From Lingula anatina (lineage: Eukaryota > Animalia > Brachiopoda): a stretch of 64,000 nucleotides of DNA. The stretch is taken from contig CM120645.1 of NCBI GenBank assembly GCA_051362555.1, positions 5,890,001 through 5,954,000 on the forward strand. Reading direction: 5' to 3'. The notes under the pieces are model-generated. The model worked only from the letters and a program-made list of their open reading frames with translations. It ran no database searches and was not told the origin of the DNA. A program made the translations under genes and the position numbers. Shown here piece after piece: positions 51,799 to 64,000 of the stretch. Positions within the stretch are counted from its first letter, which is position 1, and each line of letters starts with the position of its first letter.

Positions 51799-51976
51799 CC
51801 GGTGTGACAGGAATGGCAGTCCTAGGAATGGGAGTATGGGGTCTCATGTGTTTGGTAGGCCTACAGGTTAGGGTTAGTCGAAATATTGGGGTTAGTTTAT
51901 GGGCTGAATGTCACCTGTACAAAGTAATGGTGAACGGACTATGGATCCTAGCGGACTGCCATTCTTGTCACACCAG
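51799..51976. mobile_element. Small MITE just after the stop codon of gene A
   Basis: Inverted ends CCGGTGTGACAGGAATGGCAGTCC / GGACTGCCATTCTTGTCACACCAG; relatives at ~46240 and ~55225. Confidence 0.65.
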
Positions 51977-52129
51977 TTCTCATTTATCGCTGAGATGCAT
52001 TCGGTCTCACCTTCGTGCCCTGTATGACCAATTCTCTACTTTGTTGAAGCAAGTTCCTTTTAATTTGTGTTTTAAATTAAATTAATGCGAAATGATTTAT
52101 ATCTTACTCTGAATGTGCATCCAGAGTTA

Positions 52130-52332
52130 GGGACCGTTCCCATAACCCTATTTCACTAGCAGGATCGATCTATCTCCGAGGGGATTCTCGCTAAATTGCA
52201 TTCATTTTAAACGTGCTCGAAAGTTAATTAACCTCATAGCAGCTTCAGTGGGCGTGCAATTTAGTGAGAATACCCCACGGAGTTAGATCGTTCCTGCTAG
52301 ATCGATATCATAGGGTTATGGGAACCGAGTGT
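52130..52332. mobile_element. Palindromic MITE related to 22108-22332
   Basis: GTTCCCATAACCCTA / TAGGGTTATGGGAAC ends; inner inverted CTAAATTGCA / TGCAATTTAG. Confidence 0.7.
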
Positions 52333-52883
52333 TATATTCTAGAACAGCGTCTGGTGATGGCAGCTTTGTGTAAAAAGAACAAATTGTCGTTAAACACTTG
52401 TGTAGTCAAGAAAGTAATGAGACTTTTATCTTTATATTTATGTATCTTTTCCTATATCTTAAACTGAGTACTAGGCCAGTTTTTAAATTAACTGGAGATA
52501 AATTTCTTCGTAAAAGTGTCAATTGAGCAAATATATTGGTGAACAAGATGTGAGTAGTTATTGTGTCTGTTGTTAAGCTTAAGATACTGCCTACCACTTA
52601 ATTCTTAAGTTTTGTCTTATCAAAAGGTAGATTCATAAATATTAAGGCAGGTCTTTAAAATCTACGAAGAAAACTGCTGTGACATTTTTGAACTTTAAAT
52701 CAAGTGATTTTAAATTAAGGTTTTCCAGTTTATATAATGTATACAGTTACCAAATTATGTAAGTTTTTTCATCATTTAAGTGATGAGGATCCCAATTACA
52801 AAAATAGCATGTTTCATTAAACTTTTAGTTAAAATTATGAATATTTCTATGCCATTCTTTACATTCAAGTCATATTTTTGTTA

Positions 52884-52885
<2 letters not shown>

Positions 52886-52920
<35 letters not shown>
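52886..52920. repeat. (GT)n microsatellite
   Basis: Read directly from the sequence. Confidence 0.95.
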
Positions 52921-52921
<1 letters not shown>

Positions 52922-53372
52922 TTTAAGAACCACATCAATGTCTGGCAGATCCTCTTTTAGTTAGTTAAAGATGTTATATTTTTTGAAAATCCTATATATT
53001 AAAATATTTTTTAATATTAATCTTTATATATAACTTGCGAACGGTGAAAGAGAATATCTACACCCAAGAAGTTGTAAAGTTACAACTTCTTGCTACACCT
53101 TAACTTACAAGCAACGTATTGTTACCATAAATAGTACAAAAAATTTACTTTGAACGCTTAGCTGTTATGAATAGTAGTTAAGTTGTTATACGGGTTATGA
53201 GTAATGGAAATTTCAACTTAAATGAAACATGAGATAATCAAAATGAGATACCATGCAGTACTTACAAAGATAGTTATCATACAGAATTCTATGAAATGCT
53301 TTAGGTCAGGGTTTTCAGTGCATATCATCGAGTTAAGTCCCCATATTTCACTATTCAAGAATTGTCATACAA

Positions 53373-54971
53373 CATTGGTCAAAAAGGTTGTCCCATCCCC
53401 ATTTCCATGTTCTTTTATTTACAAATGATAATCTCATAGCTGTAAATTGTTAGAAATAGTGTTTTTTATTACAGATACCGTGTCGAACATGATTAATGGT
53501 TAAAAAAATACAAAATAGTGGTGAAAATATACACATTTTATACCATTTAGTAAAATTTATAAAAGGTACCCCCTCAAAGCCACTGTTTCACTGTGACTTC
53601 TACAGATGTAAAGAAATATCTATTAAATTGAAAAGACGCCATCAAATGTCACCAAATTCACACAAAATTAGCATTAGGGTGTGCTCGTTACAGATCACGT
53701 GCCTAACAGACGGCGCGACAAGCCTTCAACACGGGTAACAATTCTGTTTTGTGGGATATTGTCCCATTTTTCTTGAACAAGTTGGAGGAGTTGGTCAAGG
53801 TTATTTGGGAATTGGTTCTTCTCTGCAATGCACATTCCAATTAATGCCACAGGTGCTCAGTAGGATTAATATCAGGGCTCAAGGACGGTTGCCCCATCCT
53901 CAGAGCCCTGTGTTTCTGCAACAAATTGCTTTCCAGACGACAGCTGTGAGCAAGTGCGTTGTCACAATGAAGCCAGTAGCATCCCTGAAGTCTCCTCTTG
54001 CAAATGGAGTGAGATTTCTGTTGAGAATGTTACATTACAATGCCCCTGTTACGTTTTGTTCCAAAAGGAACAATGTACAAATACCATGGGCTTGGACTGT
54101 TCTCCAAATGCGGACTGATCTAACACCTCAGGCGATATTAACCTACACACACCCTTCCAAGAGGCTTTTTTAACATGTCTATGGACTCTCATTTGACCAT
54201 CGATGGGATACAATAAATACTTTGATTATGATTCAAAATCGACTTCCTTCCAGCGATGGATGGTCAAGTTCAGGTGCCTGTGGGATCACTGAACGTAGCA
54301 TTCTCAGCTGATATTTCATTCAATCTTCAAGGCTACATCGTGACTGCACACTTGCTCACACCTCTCGCCCAGGCAAGTGTTTTTAGAAGAAACACAATGC
54401 TTTAAGGATGGAACCACCATCTTTGAGCCCTGATATTAAACTTAACTAATCAACTGTGACATGAATTGGAGGGTGCAATGCAAATGAGAACCAACCCCAT
54501 AAAAGCCTGGACCAACTCCTCCAACTTGTTTAAGAAGAATTGGACAATCTCCCACAAAACAGAATTGTTACCTGTGTTGAAGGCTTGTCGCGCCGTCTAC
54601 ATGAGATAATTGCAGTACGCGGTAGACGCACACGCTGTTAGGCACGTGACCTTTAACAAGCACACCCTTATGCTAATTGTGTGTGAATTCGGTGACATTT
54701 GATGGCGTCTTTTCAATTTAATAGACATTTCTTTACATCTGTAGAAGTCACAGTGAAACAGTGGCTTTGAGGGGGTACCTCTTAAAAATTTTACTAAATG
54801 GTATAAAATGTGTATATTTTTACCACTATTTTGTATTTTTTTAACCATTAATCACGTTCGACACGGTATCTGTAATAAAAAGCACTATTTCGAACAATTT
54901 ACAGCTGTGAGGTGATAATTTGTAAATAAAAGTACATGGAAATGGGGGTGGGACAACCTTTTTGACCAATG
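53373..54971. mobile_element. Tc1/mariner-derived foldback element with decayed transposase 3' ends on both arms
   Basis: ~600-bp inverted arms begin CATTGGTCAAAAAGGTTGTCCCA. The minus strand shows DNALAH and SPDINPTEHLW (Tc1 DNAPxH / SPDLNPIEHLW motifs); the plus strand at ~54420 shows SLSPDIK. Multiple stops and frameshifts. Confidence 0.82.
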
Positions 54972-57167
54972 TATATAAACAGGGTAAACACGTATTTTAT
55001 TCAGTATTTTAAGTACGTGGCGCGTGGTGTGACTAAGAAAGAGGTAGATTTTAAATTAAAAGAAATTAAAAGAAACAGGATTATCATGGGTATATAAGAA
55101 CGAGCAAATTACATTGAATGCACATTAATTGCGAATAGTACGTGGCGCGCGGTGTGACATATCAGAATGGGTAACAATAGGGAGAAGACTGTGATATGGA
55201 AACAAAGAGGTGGTCTCTACTGCCGTTGTGACAGGAATGGAATTCCTAGGAATGGAAGTCCCATATGATTACTACAGGTTAGGGTTATTCTGAGTATTGG
55301 AGTTTGTACATGGAACGAACGTCACCCGTACAAAGTAATTGGGAACGAACTACGGCTTCTAGTGTTTTCTGGAAAGTTACCATTGGTGACGGCAACTAAA
55401 TGCACACTGGTACTAGTAGGGGTGGGCAAATGAAACCTTTTTCTGGAAATTTCATTTCAAACAAGTGGATTCTGTAGCCATTTTCGCTGCTGAATACAAA
55501 TCTAATAAGTTTTTTGTTTCAGATTACATCTGATTTTGCGATTTTTCAAAATGGCCACCAAACTCCCCATCAAACCACAGATTTCTCATATAAATCTTTA
55601 AATATCAGTTCAAATATGGCTTGTTATATGTCTAACCACATGATTTTATGATATTTGAGAGCAAAATAGATAAATTACTTTTTTGGGTCATTTCATTTTG
55701 GGTAAAAGAGGAATTTTTTGGTCATTTTAAGGTAAAAAGTCACCCCTTTTGTGTACAAAAATACGGAAGTTTATGCAACAGTGACTTTTAAATTGGGGAA
55801 AACAATAATACAACAAATATGGTCAATATTATTCAAGGTTTACATGAAACTGTGCAGTCTTGCCATATAGACTAGTCATAATGTTAGTTACATACAGGAA
55901 TATTTTTAGTAGTACACTCAGTAGTAGAGCATTTATGACATTGTTACCCTTTATTATCATCCAGATACCGAAAATGAGTTTTTTCCTGCATCTAATTATT
56001 CAATAATATATCTATATTTGTGGAAAATATGAAATACCGGCGTTTATATTTTTTCGTTGCAATGTATAAGCATAGGCAACTCAGCTGTAACCGTCATGTA
56101 ACACATTTCTTTTTCTGAGGTGAGATAGCAATCGGTATGGGGCGTAACTTCATCCCTAAACAAGATTTTATCACGAAAATTAGCAAAGTGGACCGCAAGA
56201 GCATGAGCTACAATCCCGTGCCAGCATTTTGGTTATGGAGTTATGAGCTTGTAATTAATATAATACTATATTTATTTCAATTCCATATAGATATGTTCAG
56301 TAGACTTTACAATTATGTGCATTACATACATATAACAGATAGACACCTTGGCATTACATTCTGTATAAACGATCTCGCCTCGCAAATTACAGATTTTCAT
56401 TAAAAAAAGGTATTGTTTTGCTTTATCAACGATAAAATCTAAACTAAGACTTTTAAGAAAAATTGGGCGGAATGAGCTAGAATGTCGTCGGAATGAAAAT
56501 TCCTTGTTTACTCCTGGATATTCGAAGTGCGTTCTAAAAATTCAAAGCACATTCCAAATGTATGGGCCCATTCTTGCGTCCCGTTCGATTGTTTTGCTCA
56601 TGTTCAAAACTTTCGAAGTGCATTCCAAGTGGAGAAATAACGAATGGCATTCGAAGTGTATTCTAACTGCACTATGAGTCGTATTCTTAATACTCTTGCG
56701 GCACTCCTAATGTGTTCCAACTACATTCGAGCTGCATTTGAGATTTTTAATTAATTTTATTAATTTAATTATTAATTTAATTATTAATTTTATTTTATTA
56801 AAATACACCCAAAATGTGCATGTATTATTCCAGGCAGGTTCGAAGCACATTCTGAGTATTCCAACGGTATTCTTACAAGAATTAAGGTCAATTTGAAATT
56901 TCCCACTGAATGTGGCGCAAATTTTGAAAATTCTTCATTCCGGCTCATTCTGCTTGATTACTGCTGATTCCGAATAAGTGTGACGGGGGCTTTACAGTGC
57001 CTTCTGGTCTCAGTGTATTTCTTAATGATGCTTTCATGGTGGTGGTGAGATACTCTTAAACTACGCAACTGAAACTAAGTCTTATTCTAATGTCAAGAGG
57101 TTAGAGGTTGTGAGAGGTTGATGCCACCTGACGAAGTTTTACCTGTTCTGAAGAAAAGGAAAATTAG

Positions 57168-57357
57168 ACTTGGTTCCCATACCTTTATCAATCCATCTGG
57201 ATCGGTCTAACTCCCTGGGGGTCTCACTAAATTGCTATCAACTAAGCCGTCTTAAATGTCTGTCACGCTTACCCTTAAAGTTAATTGCAATTAAGCGAGA
57301 ATCTCCTTGGAGATAGTTCGATCCAAAGTTAGTACGATAGCTTCTGGGAACGGTCTC
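57168..57357. mobile_element. Degenerate MITE of the 22108/52130 family, abutting the start of the gene-B upstream homology block
   Basis: Shares CTAACTCCCTGGGGG..CTAAATTGC; GTTCCCA / TGGGAAC inverted ends. Confidence 0.6.
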
Positions 57358-58244
57358 TTATACAGCCAAATCGAAAAAAGGTAATAAAGAACATTCACCT
57401 CGAAATCTCACTGCACAGTCAAATTGGGGCTTTAATAAATTTATGTAAGGATAACTGTGTTTTTTTTGGTTTTCTTTCGCATTTGTTTGACTTTTATGCA
57501 TGTACCGGTGTATCTATTAAAATTAAAAAAAGAACACAGCAAGGCTGGATACAGTAAAGTAGTAGTAGTAGTATACGGGGCATTCAACAGCTCAGCACTT
57601 GGGCCACATATTACGGGTAGGCTTTATATTTCAGACAAAGAAATCTAAGTTGTGTAGCCCCCCCCCCCCACACACACACACATGAACATATTGCTTTGAG
57701 TGATCATAAACTGCTCGTCTTTGCACGAAAAGAGTCAAAATGACACGACTCGCCGCCTCCTACTATAGTAGACCTACCTTCCTCAGCCTAGGCCTTATTT
57801 CGGCTAGGGAGCTTCCTCTCTTCATTATCAAAGCTCTCTCTCTCTCTCTCTCTTTTTTTTTTTTTTTTGTAAGTGAGGGAAAATATCTGACAAATTTCAC
57901 CGAATATAGCCATTATATTTAAAACACTTTAAATGCCCTACTAGAATGCAGGTAGTAACGTTATTTCTGTTACGTATGACCTCATATAAAAATGTATATA
58001 CAAATGGTCCAATGGGGGAGGATAAAAGAACAGGATGTATTTAATACCGGGGGGCATAACAGACCTTGGGTTTTTTGAAGGTCCTTTCTAAACCCCGATC
58101 TGCACACAGTCAACAGGCTTGGTCTACGTACGTGCGCCAGCCCAACACTGGAAAGCATCAAAAGCAAAACACTGCAGTGTTGGGTTTTACGGAACTTTAC
58201 TAGAAGACGCTTCTGGATTATTTCCTGATCTCGATATCGACAAC

Positions 58245-61200
58245 ATGACTGTCCAAAGAAGTGCCAAATTGATACTTGTGATTACACTGATTGGAATTAT
58301 TCAAATAGGTAGGTAATACTGGCCCGTAGCCAGGGGGGATAAGGGGGGTTCGAGAGAACCGCCCCTTTTGCTGGGAAAAGGTCCACTCTCGGTAAAATTT
58401 GATCTAGGTACATGAAGTTTTTATGGGAAAAGGTCCACTTTTTCAGAAAAAGAACCCCCCTTTTGAAATTGCTTGCTACGGACCTGTAATATTGGATGGT
58501 GGATGGAACATGTATCAAGTATTCTTTTTAAATAATTCTACCGATCATCCACTAAGCCTTTAGACTACTATCTGTAATTAGCATTGCATGAAGATTTTTA
58601 CTCAACAGCGCCTGTAACATCAATGAGGCGACAATAATTATAGCAAAAATCATGAAAATTAACTGCCGGTATACCATGAAAATCGGACTCGCCTAAATGT
58701 GACTCCCTAGTCAGATGTTCATTAAAAAGTCAAACTTTCATAATAAAAATGAAATTTTGACTCCCGCCCCCACAGAACTTTATAAATCTTATTTCATTTG
58801 AGCATATGCCTTTTATCTTGAAGTATGCATAATGGAGGATACATTGGCACTTTTGTTAGTCTGCAGGTGTAAATTTTCATGAGAAAATAAGAAAATAAAA
58901 AATGTGTATTTCATCCAGTTACCAGCACTGACTCCCCATTAAAAAAGCTATTTATTTGTTATTTGGTGATCATTTCAACATCTTTCCTTTTAGTATACTT
59001 AATGAATAATAAATTGTAGATATTTGAAAGTGTGATGATAAATTCTGAACTTGCAATTGGTCTTTTTCCTTTATAACACACGTTGTTTTCTCCATCTGAT
59101 ATTATTCTTCCTACTTTCCTGTCCTTTTATTCATATTAACATATTGGTACATACTAACTGTAAATAATTTGGAAATTTTTAAGAAACTTTAATAAACTTT
59201 TATAAACGTCTTAATTGTACCCTAGCTGCTCCAGAAGGCGTATCAGACATTTAAGCTGATTAAAATGACTACACTTAGAGAGAATCCCCTCAGGGTTGGA
59301 ATGACCCAGTTAGTACGATGGGTCCACCTGAATGCGGTCTTGTGCATTTTGGCGTCGTCAGTGCCAAATTGTTTTTTTTTTTTTTTCAAATATGCTGAAG
59401 GTTCTGAATGTTAATAATGCAGGTTCCTTTCAGCATGATCTAATTAAAAATCAGCATGATCTAATTAAATTTATTTATCTTAACATTCATCTATATATTT
59501 ATATTTGAAAATGTTAATTGTTGCAATATTTTTGCTGTTTGATATCTGTATATTTTCAGCTTTTGCTATGTAGTTCATTTTCTTTGCCATTGTATGTGGA
59601 TTCTTCAAACATTCCTGTTTTGCTTTTTCCAAATTAGTGTTTTGCTTGACTGCCCCCCTTTTTTTAGAGAGATTCATGCTTCCTCTATTCTTGGAAAGGT
59701 ACAATAGAACGCATCATACCATATCAATTATCACATAACTGAGTAAATTTCCATGATGTGATTGGTCGAGGACCATCCAGCCTTGTTAAAATTACTGGCA
59801 ATTTAATATGACTTGATATCCTTTATTATTACCACGGCCAGTAAACAGTATGTAAGTTACGTCAACATCTTTTGGGTGTTTCATTGCCAATCCATTCTTA
59901 CCGCTACAGTCTCATTCACTTAACGCTACTTCATTGTGCAATCTTTCCATACAAATTAATAAGGTCACATGTGTATGACACATCTTTCAACGCCAGCAAA
60001 ATGGGAGAATAAATCAAAATATAATATGTATTCAAATTCTTGTTTTTTCTTTTTATCAAGAGCTTGTAAAATATGTGGGTATTACCTCCAATATTTCTGT
60101 GACTGTCAGTCACCATCATCAGGGAGTAAATGACTAGGGTCATTTCACATATTTTACAAGCTCTTGATAAAAAGAAAAACAAGAATTTGAATATATACAT
60201 ACAGAGCTAATGAAACTGTTCTCTCATAATATGTATTGCTAAATTGTTGAAAAATAAATACGGGTAAATGAAATAAAAATGAGAAAGTTTTGAACCATTT
60301 ATCCACAGAACACTTTTTTTGTCCCTCACGGTATGACTTTAAGGTTTTATATTGCAGTAAGGGGAGGTGAATACTGCTGCCCATATTTAACGTCATCTGG
60401 GAACTACACCAGAACGTTCTACTGTTCAGATTACTGCTGCGGTACATCTACCGATAGATATTGCTGCAATTCAATCAGCATGAGATACTCCTGGAGTTAC
60501 TCTGACAGTGCGCTGTGTCCTTCCACGACAAAAGGTAAATTTGTATTTGTCTCTAAATTCCCTAAGTTCGTGTGGTTACATTACATGCACATCTACCTGT
60601 ATGTCCAAATCACTTAAGATCGGATTTCATTTAGGAATAAAGCAGTTTTTTTATCAAAGATAACGGTGGTGATTAATAGTCAAATCACGTTTTATGCTGA
60701 ATATTGTTATCAATTTTGACATTTCTTCCGATGTAACAAATAGCAAATTATTCTTCTTTCCGATTCACCATTTTAAAGCTCGTTCCGCACTTCAATCTTG
60801 ATTTAATTTAATTTTGATTTAACGCGCATCAGTTTTAATGTAAAATTACGAGAGTAATCGAAATTATATTGCAATATTGAAAATTATAGAATTAATGGAA
60901 AAATTTTGTCTCTGTCAAAACGATGATTTCTTACTTCGATGATTCAACATGCAAATAAACATTTAAACATATAACACAAATATCAGTATAATAATAGACC
61001 TCGAGAATAAAATGTCCTTTGTAGGACAGGTTTAAATTTTCATTTGTATTTCAACTTCAGGAAATGTGGTTTTTGGTGTCATATAATAACTTTCTCTTTT
61101 CATCCCCATACAAACGGTACTTACACATACGGTTAAGAGGGCTGTTACATATTTTTTGCTGTTCTTGTTGTTTTGAAATTGATACTATGGGAGGAGCACA

Positions 61201-64000
61201 AAGGTTGAAATATACATAATATAAATAATAAAATATTAAATGTACCAAGTGGCATTTCAAAAATGGAGTTAGAAACACTAGGTACATGAATCAGGAACTT
61301 CATTTCAAAGTCCTAAATCACTTCTGAATTCCAGGGGAATATTGCTGCGCATATTACACGTCATACGGCACTTACAAACCATCGTTCTACTGTTCCCAGT
61401 ACTGCTGCGGGACGTCTACCAGGAAATACTGCTGTTCCTTTTCTTTTCTTCGACATTTCCCGAGTTTTTCTTCCAACTCGTCATGCCCCGTCGCCACCAC
61501 TACCACCACCACAACAACAGGTTTGTTTACATATATATGTTAACAAATGTAACTATGGATTATGTAACATTTCATCTCGCAATCGTGTAATCTATCGAAG
61601 TTTAAAATAAGCAGTGTGATCGTACTACCATACAGGTGTATACCTCTTTGAATGTGACTCTATGACATCTAAGCTCGACCTTTACCATGACCTTTGATCT
61701 TTGCATTTACAATAGGTACAGGGGAATATTGCTGCCCATATTACACGTCATACGGCACTTACAAACCATCGTTCTACTGTTCCCAGTACTGCTGCGGGAC
61801 GTCTACCTTAAAATACTGCTGTTCCTTTTCTGTTCTTCGACATTTTCCGAGTTTTTCTTCCAACTCGTCATGCCCCGCCGCCACCATTACCACCACCACC
61901 ACCACAGGTTTGTAGGTATAGCCAATATATAACAAATGTATCTGTGGGCGATTTAATATTTCATTTCGCCGTTGTGTAATGTTCGATAGAAGCTACCATA
62001 CATCGTTGAATGTGACTCTATGACATCATAACTTGACCTTTACCATGACCTTTGATCTTTGCATTTACAATAGGTACGGGGGAATATTGCTGCCCATATT
62101 ACACGTCATATGGCACTTACAAACCATCGTTCTATTGTTCCCAGTACTGCTGCGGGACGTCTACCAGTAAATACTGCTGTGACTCGTACTTAAACAGATA
62201 CTACCCGAGTTATTCCTATAAATGGTTATGCCCGCTCGCCACTCCACCCACCACAACAACAGGTTCGTTTGTAATTATAATCGATTTAATTTTTCATTTG
62301 GTCAGTGTATATACTGGTACATGTTAGCTACAATCGACGTTAATTGAAACTGTGCGATGTGACCATTTAAGTTCTGACCTTGACCTTATTCTTGACCTTT
62401 GGCTTTTTAGGTTCAGGAGAATATTGCTGCGCATATTACACGTCCTATGGCAGTTACAGTAGATCTTTCCACTGTTCCAAGTACTGCTGTGGGACATCTA
62501 CGATTAAATACTGCTGTTCCTCGTACTCAAGCAGATATTACAAGAGTTATTCCTATCTTTCCTTGTGCCCCACCCCCTCAAACAACTGGAGCAGCTGGAC
62601 ATCGAGAACTTCTTCAGGCACCATAAATGTGTACGTACGTTTTTTCTTTCAAATAGTCTAGAGCTGATCTCTGTGAGTGTGAATCATAGCCCATTCGTTA
62701 ACATGTTCTTTTTTACTCGACAGAGTTTTAACGTGATTTAGTGCTTGTTTTCGTTATTTCTAAATCAGCTAGCTACAATTTCATATTGGTTATCATCGCA
62801 GTGGCGTATTTAGGAGGGGTGTCAGGGGGGCACTGTACCCCCCTTCGGTTTCTGGAAAAAATCACACCAATATTCCCTCTTGATATTATAATTTTGAAGA
62901 GCTGAATCATAGTTCTAAACTGCACCAAATGGCACTGTTTGCCCTCTAAAACACCGAACCCCACACCACAGAGAAAAGGGTCGGCTTCGCATCCAAGGCC
63001 TGTCATTCTTTAAAAACTGGACCACCCCCCTTCAGATAGTCCTAGAATCGCACCTGTATCTTATATTTTTTTCTTTCAGAGTCGGTGCCATAGTAGGCTC
63101 TGTAGTCGGTTTCATTGCCCTGTGTGTCATCATAGGAGTCGTCATCTGCTGCGCAACAGGATGTTGTAGACAAAGAAGAGGGACAGGTGAGTTGTACGAA
63201 TGCATTTGTTATATTACTGGCTGATACTGGTAGATTACTGGAATCTGGGAGCCTGCCTGGCAAGCATAATATACAGGGTTCGATATTGTTGAAGACACTG
63301 TTAGCAAGTCCTAAAGCAGCGTTCAATTTACTATTAGTTTGTTAGTTTTGACATACAAGCATTCATTTTTGAGATAAGATATGCATAAATTAAGTATTAT
63401 AAAACGAAAAACGAAAAAGAGCAAATAAAATGTTCAATAGCTTGGTAGTTGAATCATAAATGAAAATTATCAAACACAAGCCGAAATATTTTCATACCGT
63501 TAGCGTTTGTGTTTGATAATTTTCATTTACGAAAAACGAAAAATTATGCAATATTTTACAAAGACAAGGTAGCCACAAATCAAATGAATTGCGAACTGTA
63601 ATATCGCTCATATGCCTTGTCCATATTTGGCAGAACATAGGCCTATATACCTTCGTAATTTCTGCAGTGCCATCAAATCACATACATCTATTGTATGCAA
63701 AGATACAGATATGACAAAAAAAATACGAAACACTGTTAACGTCATTTAAAAATGTAAATTTATTTACAGTAAATAACCCCCCTGGCAGTGCTGCAGTCGT
63801 GTATACCACATCAGCCGCAGTGCAAAGTGCCCCAGTCGTGGTCACACGACCGCCACCACAAAATCCTGGGTATGGACCAGAGACACCTCAACTGAACGGC
63901 GCTGCAGTTCCTGGCTTTCGATCACCAAATGTAGGGTTGAAAACTGGACTGAGCGTTTTGAAAGCAGGGTTAGGATTAGTTTCCGATTCAGGATTGGAGG
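58245..64000 (+). CDS. Multi-domain Shisa-like type-I membrane protein B (runs off the window); exons 58245-58308, 60358-60534, 61335-61520, 61716-61907, 62074-62262, 62411-62630, 63080-63186, 63770->64000
   Basis: Signal MTVQRSAKLILVITLIGIIQI; five 8-Cys domains with Thr-rich linkers; TM VGAIVGSVVGFIALCVIIGVVICCATGCCRQRRGT; Pro-containing tail (VNNPPG..RPPPQNPGYGPE) open to the window end. Phases are compatible. Confidence 0.85.
58319..58486. mobile_element. MITE inserted just after the exon-1 donor of gene B
   Basis: CTGGCCCGTAGC / GCTACGGACCTG ends with TAATA on both sides; absent at the paralogous sites (~25160, ~36275). Confidence 0.75.
60033..60225. other. ~200-bp palindromic insertion in gene B intron 1 flanked by a 12-bp direct repeat ATAATATGTATT
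   Basis: ~50-bp inverted arms (60027-60077 and 60146-60195); direct repeat at 60021-60032 and 60226-60237; absent at ~26755 and ~37810. Confidence 0.7.
62799..63056. mobile_element. MITE-like element in the gene B intron before the TM exon
   Basis: CAGTGGCGTATTTAGGA / TCCTAGAATCGCACCTG imperfect inverted ends with G-rich and C-rich subtermini. Confidence 0.55.

Noticed and set aside
53496-54848. ORFs MVKKIQNSG on both strands and the 140-aa ORF at 53751
   Set aside because: These come from the inverted arms and the antisense strand of a decayed Tc1 transposase.
55415-57000. Probable additional decayed DNA-transposon fragments (TAGGGGTGGGCAA start; CATTCGAAG repeats ending TGTGACGGGGGCTT)
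   Set aside because: Only single ends are recognisable, with no TSD or coding remnant, so boundaries cannot be supported.

Overview
AT-rich, intron-containing animal DNA. A marine invertebrate is my guess from the repeat types; the taxon cannot be fixed from sequence alone. From left to right: (1) a 3-exon BTB/C2H2 zinc-finger gene (+, 112-1980). (2) A four-copy tandem segmental duplication (~3.2-45 kb, basic unit ~9.5-10 kb). Each unit holds an apparently intact 12-coding-exon minus-strand gene for a ~638-aa 'mini polycystin-1': signal peptide, ~15-aa stalk, TM1, PLAT domain, TM2-TM5, stop. It has no REJ/GAIN ectodomain and no S1-S6 channel domain. Units 1-3 also carry truncated 5' pieces of a divergently oriented Shisa-like gene. 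(3) Two plus-strand Shisa-like type-I membrane genes (45946-51758, and 58245 to beyond the window end), each with five tandem 8-Cys domains on separate exons, a TM segment and a Pro-rich tail. Copy-specific insertions include a 6.6-kb nested transposon complex containing a Helentron-like element with a 146-bp satellite, a 5'-truncated L2-type LINE and several MITEs. A Tc1 foldback lies between the two Shisa-like genes. The main candidate novelty is the amplified stand-alone polycystin-1 N-terminal membrane domain lying head-to-head with multi-domain Shisa-like genes. All gene models were built by hand from GT-AG sites and reading-frame continuity. Family assignments are from motif recognition, not database searches.
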